55,437 nt of DNA from Basidiobolus meristosporus CBS 931.73 (Eukaryota; Fungi; Basidiobolomycota), in contig MCFE01000588.1 of assembly GCA_002104905.1 (NCBI GenBank), positions 1 through 55,437 of the forward strand, in the 5' to 3' direction. This document shows, piece after piece, positions 13,599-25,541 of this stretch (positions are counted from its first letter, which is position 1; each line of letters begins with the position of its first letter). Under the pieces are notes generated by a model. That model saw only the letters and a program-made list of their open reading frames with translations, was not told the origin of the DNA and ran no database searches. The position numbers and the translations under genes are program-made.

Positions 13599-14438
13599 CT
13601 AGGCATATGCAGTAGACCCAAATATTCTTAAATGTTCTGCACTTGGTCTGTATCCATACCATGCTTCAAATGGAGCAGAATCACAAAGTATTCTGTTATA
13701 ACTCATATTCTTAAGATATACAGCAGTGGCAACTGATTTTGCCCAACAAGTATAGGACAATTTTTGATCATGGATCATAGATCTTGCCATATCAATTATT
13801 GATCTGCTAGCACATTCTGCTACTACATTTTGCTGTGAGGAGTATGGTACAGTAGTCTCTTGCTTTATCCCATGAATTTTGCAGAAGTGGCTGAAGAGTC
13901 TTGATGTATATTCTCCACCATTGTCAGAGCATATTTTCTTGATTTTTTCAGCAGTTTCTCTCTCCACCATGGCTTTAAACTCCCTGAGCTTTGACAGAGC
14001 TTCTTCCTTTCTCTCCATGAAGTAGACCCATGTGTATCTTGTATAATCATCAATAAAGGTGATTAAATACCTCATCCTGCCTAAGGATAAATTTTGCATA
14101 GGTCCACACAGATCTGAGTGAATTAGAGCTAATTTTTTCTTAGTTCTGATTAACCCAGAGCTCTTGAACAGTTGTCTGGCTTGTTTCCCATATATGCAGG
14201 CTTCACAGTGCTCCAAACCAGCTGGGGGAACAATTTTTACTCCAGAAATCAGCTGATCTTTGATCATTTTGCGTAAATAATCAAAACCAATGTACCCAAA
14301 TCTCCTGTGCCAAAGCATTGGTGTTTCTTGATTTAAGTTACTTACATTGGCTTCCAAATATGATGGAATATAAGTCAACATGTATAGATTCTGATCTCTG
14401 ATGTCCAAAGCAATGTGTGCACCATCTTGTTCAATCAT
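13599..14438 (-). CDS. Copia integrase fragment (GAG-pre-integrase plus rve core)
   Basis: LWHRRFGYIG, CEACIYGKQ, LIHSDLCGP, FIDDYTRYTWVY, SDNGGEY, QQNVVAEC motifs. Confidence 0.9.
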   Translation of the reverse strand: MIEQDGAHIALDIRDQNLYMLTYIPSYLEANVSNLNQETPMLWHRRFGYIGFDYLRKMIKDQLISGVKIVPPAGLEHCEACIYGKQARQLFKSSGLIRTKKKLALIHSDLCGPMQNLSLGRMRYLITFIDDYTRYTWVYFMERKEEALSKLREFKAMVERETAEKIKKICSDNGGEYTSRLFSHFCKIHGIKQETTVPYSSQQNVVAECASRSIIDMARSMIHDQKLSYTCWAKSVATAVYLKNMSYNRILCDSAPFEAWYGYRPSAEHLRIFGSTAYA

Positions 14439-14971
14439 CTTGCATCCAGAATTGTCAAAGCTGAAACTGAGTCCTTCTGCTGTGGCATTGCATACAGATA
14501 GTAAGTTCTTGGCTACTTCTGTTACATAGAGTACTTCTTTAAAGTTCAGTGTATGGCTTCTTTCATGGCTTCCAAGGTTTACTTAGATAGATCCTTCCCC
14601 CACTGCATCAGGTGTTCTATTATCACCCATGAAAACCTTCTTAATTGGAATTTCTTGATATTGGGTAAAAAGTTCTTTTTGGTGTATAAAGTATTGAGAT
14701 GCTCCAGAGTCAATATTCCACGTCTGAGAATCCTTGTTTGTGGTCATATACAGTGAAGATATGAATAGTCTAACTTCAGTTGTTGCAGCATTTTCATATT
14801 GAGGCTTCTTTTGCTGATTATCTCTCTTTTTGAGACACCAGTCTGATGTGTGTCCTTTCCTTTTGCAGTAGTTGCAAAACAGGTTGCTGTTGTCTTTGTA
14901 GGGTCTTGGGTGCCTCCTTTGTTGGTTATCATTGCCTATTAAAGTATTTTCTTCTTCCTTCTTATTGGCAC

Positions 14972-16046
14972 TGTGGTGGTGTATAAGTCCAAAGGGCAAA
15001 ATATGGCCAACACTTCTCAAGTGTGAATGTGTGTATGTGGTGTTCACTGCATGCAGTAACCTATGGCAAAGCTTGCCAGGAATACTGGGTCTTTTGTCTA
15101 ATCTAATGTGAAGGGGGATAAAGCCTCAAGCTTGTCAAGGGAGAACTATTGAACTACAATTCCCAACTTAGTTGGCATCTAAACAAAAGCTTATAATGGC
15201 TTTGACGTCCTTTGTGATGACAATGTACTAAAGCTTCCAAAGTCAAAACAACTGTAAACACCACCAACAGGGACTTGAGAAGAATGCAGCTTTGACCAAT
15301 AGTTACAAAGACTGAAAAGTATCTTTGCCTGTACAAGAACAAACTTGGGAAAGAATCAAATATGATAAAACATACCTACTCTGAGTATTCCTCATAAGTG
15401 GTGCATCCAAGGTCAGTAGGCTGTTGGCAGTTTCCTGGGAGTATTGTCAGGTCTGAGTCAGAAAGTAGTGGTAATAGGTAGTGGTGATCTCACTAATCAA
15501 TAAGTTGGCATATCAGAAGAGGGATGATTTATTTTTAAGGGATAGCCTCCCTTATATACTTTTTTTGCTGCTCAAATTCTTACTAGAAAATACTTTCCAG
15601 AAGTTTCCAGAAGGTAGTAGACAGCCAATCATGTTATTGTGAGCTAAAAATAGCGCAAATTCTTGGCGGATTGTTCCATGAGACATAGTAGCACCTAGCC
15701 AATCAGATAGTGGTAATATGAAACCTCTGTCATGTAGTTACCTCATATGGTAGTAGGAGAGGAGGGTTATGAAACCAGGATGATCACATAACATTGGCAC
15801 TGTTGGGGTTACTTGCCTTATATGGTAACTATCTTATCTTGGCATCTTGGCAAGGAATAGGAATAGCCTGTGCAATGAGTTAATAGTGACAAATAGTTTG
15901 CCAGGTTGCATAGTAATAATCACATAGACAGATAGAAAATATTGCAATTTGGGATGATACTAATACAGGGGGGTAATCCTTTTTAGGGAAGTGAACATAA
16001 GGGAATGATCACATCTGCCTGTGGGTGTCACTGTGACCCCACTACA
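14972..16046 (-). repeat. Solo LTR family 2 (1075 bp) inserted in Copia B gag
   Basis: TGTGGTGGTG...CCCACTACA; 4-bp TSD GCAC/GCGC; gag rejoins in frame as SRKSSA|NKKEE. Confidence 0.9.
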
Positions 16047-16653
16047 GCGCTTGATTTTCTTGATTCTTCATCCAGGAGCCTTACATATATGTAATTTAAG
16101 GTCAAATCTTCAGTTCTGGACTCTAGGGCTGCTTCAGGGCCCTGAAACTTGTCTGTCAGGCTATTCAGGATGGTTACTATCACATCCATATCAGTAGTTG
16201 GTATGCCCACATATTCCATTTCATCTACCAGCAGGTTAGTTCTGTTAACTATATTTTTCATTTCTTTTCCTGGCTGCATCTCTATAGTAAAGAATCTTTG
16301 TCTCAGATACATTTTCTAAGCTGCTGAACATAACTGATAGGTGTCTTCTAATGCCTTCCAGGCATTCTTTGCTGTTTTTGCTCTTGAGCATTGAATTAGC
16401 AATTTGTCTTTAGCATTTAGGCAAATGCAGTTAAAGGCATTTTGTTCTTTATTTGGGTACTTTAAGGCTTCCTCTCCCTCATCTTTAGGAAGGCATTCTT
16501 CTCCCATGACAATATCCCAAAGGCCTCTTTCTTGCAGCAGCATCTTCATCTTCATCTTCACCTTCCACACTTGGTAGTTAGATCCATCCAACTTTTCAGC
16601 AGAGGGAAAAATTCCAGTAATAGCAGTAGTAGACATAGCAGAGAGTGACAGTT

Positions 16654-16667
16654 TGGGGCTCATAACC
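16654..16667 (-). promoter_or_regulatory. Copia-type primer-binding site
   Basis: GGTTATGAGCCCCA directly after the 5' LTR, resembling the GGTTATGGGCCC internal tRNA-iMet PBS of Drosophila copia. Confidence 0.75.
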
Positions 16668-17242
16668 TGTTGTAAGAGTCTTGGAGATATTGGAAGTGAT
16701 TGAGAGAACAAGTATATTATGTGGTTTTCACTTAATGATTTATTAAATGTAAAAGTAGTATTTATACTTTTACATGGTCATGGCATAAAAAACACATAAA
16801 ACAGGTTAAGGATGGACCCAAGAACATGTGTGCAAAGTTTGAGGCTGTTTGGACAACTTTGAGAATTTTGATGTTCTGGGTACCTGGTATTCTGGTGAAA
16901 ATATTCTAAGTAAATCCTGACAAGGAATTTGGTCAGTATTCTCCAGGATATGAAGGTAATGATCTAAGTGACTAAGTAAGGTGAATATTTAGGTGGTATT
17001 ACAAATTTTTACAACAGTTATACCCTGTCCAAAGAAACTTAGGAAGTCCAAAAAATATTGCAAAGCTAAAAAGTGCCATACTCAGTATCAGTCAAGCGCA
17101 AACATATTTGATATATGCAATAGCAAATATTACAAACAACTGAGTAGCAAGATCTACTCTCAAGGTATGTATGATCATGCCTTTGCCTTGGCACTTGATG
17201 GATTCTCATTAGACAAGTACTCTTCCTGCAAATCTCACTGGC

Positions 17243-20200
17243 TGTCATGATTACATGACATCCCTGTCTCCAATTACCTAGCCAAATCAAGTCAGTGAAG
17301 AAATCCCAGTTCTTTCTAGAAAGTTCTACTACATTCTAGCAACTTCTTGAAAGCTCCAAGTCAATGTTACACAACAGAACATTCTATGGAAGCTTCCCAT
17401 TAGAGTCTATGTAGTCCCATGCCATATATGGTAACTACATGTCACATGACCTAGTCAAATGATCAGCTGACCCCTGACATATCTCCATGTGATATTCCTG
17501 TCTGTTCTTTAGTATATTCTATCTTGGCACACTTAATGTGCCTCACCCCAGAACCCCATCAGTATTAGCCAATATCTCTTGGCATCCATATTGCCAAAAA
17601 GTATATATAGTCCTATCCCCCCTTATGTATTCCTCAGTCTGATAAACACAGGTCTTGAATAAACAGCCTTGCCTTGGAAATCCACCTTGCCTTGTTGATC
17701 CACACCTTAGTCCTTTCCTGGTCCTGCCTTACCTAGCCCTACTCTCCTGCCTTGTGTCTATTCATAACAGTTTTATCAGACTGCCCCTGACTTACCTGTG
17801 GATCTCTGCCTTCTATTTGAGGTTCTTGAGAAGAACTTGCAAAGGAATACCTACCGTAAGTATCACCCTGAATCTTTCCCTAGTCTTGTCCTCTAAAGGC
17901 AAAGATACTTTATCTTTGTAAGATTATTGGCCAAAGCTGCTTTTACTTTATTACCCCACTGGTGTAGTTCACAGTTGCTACAGTATTGGAAGCTTTAGTA
18001 CAATACTCTATTGAAGGATGTTAAAGCTAGTACCTTCTGAAGTGATGCTAACTTATTTAAAGTTGGGGATTGTAGCTCAATAATTGTATTCTTGACAAAC
18101 TAGTGGCTTTATAACCCACAAACTAGCTAGCAATATCCAGTATTCCCAATCAAGTCCAAGAGACTTCTCTGCCTCCTGCTACCGTGACATGTCCAGCCCA
18201 GAGTATAACTTGGCAAGTCTCATGGCTGCATTTGCCCAGCTGCAACAAGACAATGCAGACCTCAGAAACTCTGTTGCTCAACTCCAGAGCCAAAATGCTC
18301 AACAGCCTATCCAGGCTCCCTCCTACCATGATCCCAATATCACTTCCACTGCTAAGTTTAGTGGCTCCCAGAATGAATTACAAGGTTTCATCAATATAGT
18401 GAAACACCACTTGTCACTACAACCCAATCAGTTCCCAACAGATTAAGCAAAAGTTGGTTATATCTCTAACCTGCTGACTGGAACTGTCCAGAAATGGTTA
18501 TCCCGTTTGGTGGAAACTAACTCCCCTCTACTCAGCAACTACCATGCATTCCTCACAGAAATGGAGCTAGCATTTGGCAACATTGACCAAGCCAGAACTG
18601 CTGCCAACAAGATCAAGAACTTGAAGCAAGGAAACAGACCTGCATCTGTGTATGCTTCTGAATTCTAACTACTAGCCAGTGACTTGAGCCTTTGGGGTGA
18701 CGCTGCCCTGATTAGTCAATTTCAAGATGGGCTCAATGATGAAGTCAGTGACCTACTTCTCACCCTTGCTGACCCAACCACCTTGGGTGAAGCTATTCAT
18801 CAAGTAATCTGATGTGACAATTGTATTTTCCATAAGAATCATAAATTCCAACATACTTATCAGCCAACCTCCTTCCCAGTAATCCAGTCACCCAATACTA
18901 AGCCTGATGATCCTGTGCAAATTGACAGTGCTAAATATAAGAAACTCACAAAAGAAGAAAGATCTAGACGTCAGCAGGCAAACCTCTGCCTTTACTGTGG
19001 ACAGCCAGGCCACTTTGCCAAGTCTTGTCCTAACAAGAAGTCCAGCTTCAAGCTCCTGCAATCATCCAGTGAGCAATCTTCTCCTGAGTTATTGGGAAAC
19101 TCCAATGTCCAGTTACAATGACAAGCTTGCAACTGGACCCTCCAATGAAAATTCAGCACATTCAAGAAACATTGTATGCTACCATGTCCATCCAGTCCTT
19201 AAAAATGCCTGTCAATATCCACATCCCTGAATCCAACCCTGTTGGTGCCCTTGCCCTCATAGATTCTGGTGCTTCCTCCTGCTTCATTGACCAGTCATTT
19301 GTCCAGAAACACAAATTCCCCACTGTCCTGAAATCCTGTCCTGTCTAAGCAGAAGTTATTGATGGAAGGTCCCTCTCTTCCAGTGCTGTTACCCATGAGA
19401 CCTGTCCACTCCAGCTGTCCAGTACTGGTCACCATGAGACACTAGCCTTCCACATTATCAACTCTCCCCATTACTCCATAGTCCTGGGAAGCTCATGGCT
19501 TAGTCACCATAACCCAGCTATCAACTGGAAGACCAAAATCCTGACATTCCCCAGAATCCATCATGTCAACTCCATGAAACCAACTGATTTTTCAGGTAAA
19601 GAAGTATCCTTTCCTAAGCTACCCCAGACACTGGAGCCCATCATCACTGAAGGAACCCCCTTCAATGGAATACCTGCCAAGTACCAAGAGCTTACTCATG
19701 TCTTTGACAAGAAGAAAGCCAAACTACTCCCAGCCCATAGACCCTATGATTGGCCCATTGACCTTGAAGAAGCAAAAACCCCACCTTTTGGTCCTATTTC
19801 AACCTCTTGCAACCCAAGTTGAAAGAACTACATGGCTATATTCAAGAAAACCTCCAGAAAGGCTTTATTCAGCACTCTTAGTCCCCAGCTGGTGCCCTAA
19901 TCCTCTTTGTCAAAAAAAAGGATGGTATTCTAAGAATGTGTGTAGACTACCATGTACTGAATAAGATCACAATCAAGTACCGGTATCCTTTACCCTTGAT
20001 CAACACCCTGTTGGATCAACTCTCTGCTGCCAAAGTATTTATTAAGATTGACCTCAGAGGAGCATATAACCTTGTCAGGATCAAGCCTGGTGATGAGTGG
20101 AAAATTGCATTCAGAACAAGATACGGTCATTTTGAGTATAAAGTTATGCCATTTGGTCTCACCAATGCCCCAGCAGCCTTTCAACACCCAATGAATCACA

Positions 20201-20248
20201 TCTTCCAAGAATACCTTGACCAATTTGTGGTTATCTACCTTGATAACA
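17243..20248 (+). mobile_element. Truncated sushi/PEG10-like Ty3 (chromovirus-type) retrotransposon
   Basis: 947-bp LTR 17243-18189 (TGTCATG...CGTGACA), gag, protease and RT up to YLDN. Flanks CTGGC (17238-17242) and CTGAC (20249-20253). Confidence 0.88.
18189..20248 (+). pseudogene. Disrupted gag-pol of the sushi-like element
   Basis: [85 protein letters not shown]; several stops and frameshifts. Confidence 0.9.
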
Positions 20249-20912
20249 CTGACCACTGATTCTCATAGACATGGATCTGCCACCAATCTTACAGTATCAG
20301 AGCAGTAATCTAATAGATGCCTTAATGATATCTGACCCTGAAGCACCATCCAACCTGGATAGCTACTTGTATCCACTGTTAGATGAATCTTGTATTCTAT
20401 CCCTTGAGACATTAGTCAATGGTTGTAATGTAGACCCTATGAAAAATAATTTGGTCCCGTGGGTGGATCCAATCTGGATCATCCATCAAGATCCTGTTTG
20501 GAGACTGTCATGATAACAGCAGCTTGGAATTAGTAACCCTCTTGACAATCTTATAAAAAGATCATGACGGTGCTTTGCAAATTTTACAGCCAAATAAAGG
20601 GATAAAACTTGACAATTTTTGATTGGTGCTGTGACAATATTTGCATGGTATTGTTACGGTCCTTCAGCACTCTATTACTATCTTAAGTGGATCCAGTTGG
20701 CCAGGACTTCCAATTGCCTTATATGGCAAGAAACTTGACAGTATTTTGATGGCCTCACAGCAAGACTCTGATGGCTTTTTCTTGGCAGTATGATGGACTG
20801 CCACTGGTTCTGTATAATGCTACCATATCAACTTACCAAATGGTATTTCCTTTTTCTATCTCCCCTTATGCAATTCATATATTCCACTGTAGAATCACCT
20901 TTCTTTATTTGC

Positions 20913-23601
20913 TTACCCACTGCTACCTTGGGTATTCCACATATACTTTGAATCAAAAAAAACTATGGCCTGCTGCTTACTAGCCTCTACAAACGTGCAC
21001 ACCTGCCGCAATTGACATACTGCAATCACTTCAACTTTACGGCTTTTTAGTGTGATACTTGCAAAGTTGCCATATACCTTGTACTGCTGGTAGCATATAC
21101 ATCTTGCAAACATATGCTTGGTTGTTGCCACTTCTGCCATGAATACCTCCTGAATATTGGCAAAGTACTTCTTGGTATTTAGTCAATATATTCCTTCTCC
21201 CTGCTGGATTTGAGTCCCCCTTATAGGTGTGCTCTGGCTTTTGTTTGTGTGAATTGCGTATTGAATGGTGTAGAAGTTGGCTTGTGACCACAAGAAATCT
21301 GGCATATCTTGGTGGAGTTTTCCTGATAAAAATTAGTTGCTTGTTGCACCCAACCTAACTTTGCATTACTTAACTTATTACCCATGCATTGGGGCTGCTT
21401 AGCTTCTTAATGCCATAGGCATAGGTGTCTCCATGTGCACATTTGTCCCCAGTATTTTCCAACTCTTTCTGGCTGTCCTACATGTGCCAACTCATCACAT
21501 CCATGATGGAATTGAAGGTAATATTCTTGATGAGATTGGGATATGGTAGTGCCTGCAACTTGACTTGTCTTCCTATCTCCCCACACATCTGCTCCATAGG
21601 AAACTCCCAAAAGGTGAAGCAAGGCCCAATATTCTCCACACACCATGCAAGATGGAGTAGAGAATGGATACAGTAGCGGCAGAGATCTACAGATTCAGCT
21701 TTATGTTTGCAGTATAGCCGCTCAAATCCCATCACAAACTCCTCACACCACAGCTGTAGATGCATCAAGTTGGCATTGGTGATCTGCTTCTGAATAAATA
21801 TTCCTACAATGTCCACATATGACTCCCAATGCTTACAATGTACTCTTGGTAGGAATGGCTTCAGAACACCACTTGAATAAATACATATCCAGTTCATCCA
21901 GTCTTTGCATTTTTATTGTCACATGTGCGTATGAATATTAATTGGAGCCCATGATAAGTACTCAGAGTAGCGGAAACTCTGTAATATTTTGCCATTTTTT
22001 TCAAATTTTGCTGGTATCTCAAAGGGCTCATTTAGCTTGAAATGCCCCATGTACAACTTGGTGATCAGTATAGGGATATTGTTGAAAAGCAAATGCATTG
22101 CTCCTAGTGGAAAGCTTTTGCTTCAACAGATACCCTTTATTTTAAGTATCTCCGGTTTCTGATTGATTCCATATTCCGGCCAATGGCTTATAGCTTTCCA
22201 ACTTTGCTGCAATTGCATGCTTACTTCTGTACATTCTCTCTGTGGAAAGATGATGTTCTTAGTGCTGGTGTTTGGGTAATAATAATGTGTGTGAGTTATG
22301 GAGTAAATACCCCAAATCTCACACATTTGACAGCAATACTGTCCATTGTGCCTGGAAAAACCTGCTATCTTGCTGATGGCTGGGGAATCTCTGATGCAGA
22401 TAATAAAATGTACTTTTACATGACAGCCATTTACCATTATCCTGTTTGAAAGTATACAAAATTCATCCAGTAATGGAAACAGGTAGCTATCCAGGTTGGA
22501 CAGTGATTTAGGCCCAGATACCAGTGAGACTACCATCAGATTATTGCTCTGATACCGTAAGATAGGTGGCAGATTCAGATTGATGAGAATCAGTGGCCAG
22601 CAGGATTTGCTGGTAGAGTACTTGTTTAATGAGAATCCATCAGGTGCTAAAGCAAAGGCATGGCTATACATACCTTCAAAGTAGCCCTTGCTTCTTAGCT
22701 GTTTGTAATGTTTGCCATCAAATATATTGGATATGTTTGCTCTTGATTGATACTGAGTGCGGTACTGTATAGCTTTGCAATATTGGTTGGATTGCATCAG
22801 CTTCCTCAGATGGGGTATGACCAGAATATATCTGGAGTGTGAACAATGTTTTCCCTCAGTGGTGGTGGATTCATGACAATTTGGACACGTTGCAATGGTA
22901 GCATTTTTGGATGTGAAAGCCATGCAACTGTTGACACATGCTGGAATCAGGACAGTCTCTGGATCATAAATTGCCATTTGCATGACTGTTATCCACTTAT
23001 ACCATGCACATGGTAAGTTGCATCCCGGTATGATTTTGGCAAGAAGTAGTAATAAATCTTCAAAGCCCCCATTACTTATATTAGTGGAAATGCGCCACTT
23101 CTCTAGCCACAACATTACATCATTCACCAGTAGATGGATTACTGGGCTCACTTGGCTCCATAAAGTATCCTTGGCATTTGTTTCAATGGGTGTTGTCTCA
23201 TTGCATATAGTGATTAGACTGGGCTCATACGTGGTACTGTTGTTAGGGGAGATAGGCTCAAAATCCATCAGTGAACCTTTGTCAGAGCTATCACTCTGCG
23301 TGCCATATTCAGAAGGCTGAGGTGAGCCTAAAGGTGTCACAAACTCACCTGGCTCAGTTTGTGCAAGGTGACAAAGATGGCCAGGTGCTGATATAGAAGT
23401 ATCAACTGGCTGGCAAAATAATGTTGGTATGGTAGTGAGCAATGAATGGTAAAATATGACTTGGATGGCAAAACACTAGCCATGATCCTTGTAATACTTC
23501 CTATGCTTTCTGCATGCTTCATGGCTGAGAGGCTTGCCACAATAGCCACATGGTTTTTTTTCTCTTCTCTTACAGTGCTGAATCAAAGTAGTCTTGTCCA
23601 T
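20913..23601 (-). pseudogene. CMC/EnSpm transposase (tnp2/Transposase_21 plus DUF4218-like region), disrupted
   Basis: ACVNSCMAF, CPNC, IFDGKHY, LAPDGF, WPLILINLNLPP, GPKSLSNLDSYLFPLLDE, CQMC, HSLLHL...GP...WEFPMEQMCG. An N-terminal CGYCGKPLSHEACRKH reads in frame upstream of 23442; the start at 23601 is tentative. Confidence 0.88.
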
Positions 23602-23823
23602 GGGGCAAACAGTTTGACCTTCAGCAACGTAACACTATTATATCACTTTTTGGTCAATACTCATGTGAACTTAAGACAGTCTTGTATTTGAGACATTGCA
23701 CCTACATGAATGTAAGATTCAATGATGACCTGCCATAGTAAGCATTATAAATAAAGTTGTGGCACCACATACACACATATATGTAACACTATTTCCCCAT
23801 TGGTTTGACTCACTTCCATATAT

Positions 23824-25541
23824 ATGCCGTCAAAAAATAAAGCAAAGCCATCTGGTTCTCAACCAAACCCCACTGCTGACAGCAACAGAAGAATGGTTGG
23901 ACAACAGCTTGCTTTGACATTCAGTGCAACAAGCAGGGCTACATCCAAAAAAGGCCCTGTGAACAGTGTGCCCATTGAAGGTAATAATGCGGACTCCTCA
24001 GGCTCTCAGTCAAGTAGGCAATTGAGAACCTCTGCGGAGCCACAAGCAGACCATTATGCTCAGGCAGATGAGATGTAGCAAATGCAGTACCCTTGGTTGA
24101 AGATCAGCAAGTGGCCATGATAACATCACCACCACCCATATTAGCAAGTATGTTGTCAGCTCATACCAAAGCATTACTGAAGCAATTAGGTGCAGTGGCT
24201 GATAGGATAGATGCAATGGCCCAGAGAAATCAGGAAGTAGTCCAGAAACAGGATGAGCAGATAATACATATAGAGCAATCAATATCCCAGGTAGAGAAAG
24301 CAGTATCTTTGCTGCAAAGAAGGAACTCAAGTAGCTCAATGTCACAGCCAAGAATTGAGCCATCTCCCAATGTAACAGCAGAGGAACACTGTACAGTCTT
24401 TGAAGCATAACAACAGTGCCAAAAGATAAAGCCCACAGAAAAACCTATCACAGCATAGGAGAGAGACTATGTGGTGTTTATATCAAAGCCTAAAAGTCAA
24501 AAGACATTGAAGATCCGTGAAGCTGTTGAGTGCAATAATGAAGAGTGGGCTAATATACAAGAGGCCGTCAGAAGTCTAGCATGCCATCACTTTAAGGCTG
24601 GCATACCATGGGACTATCAGGAACTCAAGGCCAAGCAAAATGCACTTGACTTGTTCCATGAGCATTATCCTGGATTCAAATGGGCAAACGGATTTTGGGC
24701 CAGCATTGGTATGCTAAGAAAGTATCTTAAGAATAGCAGAAACTATCAAAGGCAGAAGAACAAGGGTGCAATGGCTAAAAACCAGCAGCTTCTTCAAGAG
24801 CCCATTACAAGCAGGGCCAAAAGCTCCAGACAAGTGTCAAAGAGATGTCAGGCAGCTGGGAGAGTGCCAATTAAGGACAAGCAGGCAGACATGGATGCAC
24901 CAGCACAACATTTATCAAGGAAAAAGTGTAGTACCACTCAAGAAGCACCCAGTCAAAGCAGCAGTGAAGGACCTGGCCATGATAAAAACCAGCCGCTTTT
25001 ACAGGAGCCTGTCACAACCACAGTTGAGAGCTCAAAACAAGTTGAAAAGAAACGTCAGGTTGCCAGAAGAGTGCCAGCAAGGGACAAGCAGGCCAAAAGC
25101 AATGCATCAGAGCAGAATTTATCCAGGAGAAAATGTAGTTCTTTACAAGAAGCACTCAGACAAAGTAGCAGTGAAAGACCTGGCAGTGATAAAGGAAAAG
25201 GTAAAGGGAAAAATGTCTACCCAAGCCTGAGACAGGGAGGCATGCAAAAAAAACTGCAGTTCTTGCCAATTAACGCCACAAGCCAGGAACAGACTGAATC
25301 CCATCATTGCCAAGAAGAATTACCAACAAGAAAACAGCTGTTTTCACAAGAGTTGGAAGCGCAGCCAGCTGAGCTACACTCCAGCAAGGTAGATGAGTTT
25401 GCTGAAAAAGGCAATTCCTCTACCACAGCCTCCACAGCCTCCACAGCCTCCATTGTTGACAGAGTGAGGATCCCACTGACAGACAAGGCTACAACATCAA
25501 GAGCTCAAAAGACTATCACAATGCCTTCAGTGGAGTTTTGA
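23824..25541 (+). pseudogene. Second, divergently oriented gene of the CMC element (~570 aa; coiled coil, helical domain, 69-aa tandem repeat)
   Basis: ORFs 23824-24078, 24093-24410 and 24471-25541 join with one frameshift and two in-frame stops. A homologous remnant exists in the old copy. Confidence 0.7.
24780..25194 (+). repeat. 207-bp (69-aa) tandem duplication within ORF2
   Basis: NQQLLQEPIT...EGPGHDK followed by NQPLLQEPVT...ERPGSDK. Confidence 0.85.

Larger units (their letters stand above)
11032..17016 (-). mobile_element. Ty1/Copia element (Copia B), near full length but decayed
   Basis: LTRs 11032-11379 and 16668-17016, perfect 5-bp TSD GTTAT, PBS GGTTATGAGCCC, PPT TGAGTGGGAG. Domain order is gag (16047-16620), CCHC knuckle CNYCKRKGHTSDWC, protease WNIDSGAS, integrase, RT, RNase H. 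Confidence 0.95.

Noticed and set aside
24766-25230. 154-aa overlapping ORF inside CMC ORF2
   Set aside because: It is an alternate frame over the low-complexity tandem repeat, with no independent coding signal.
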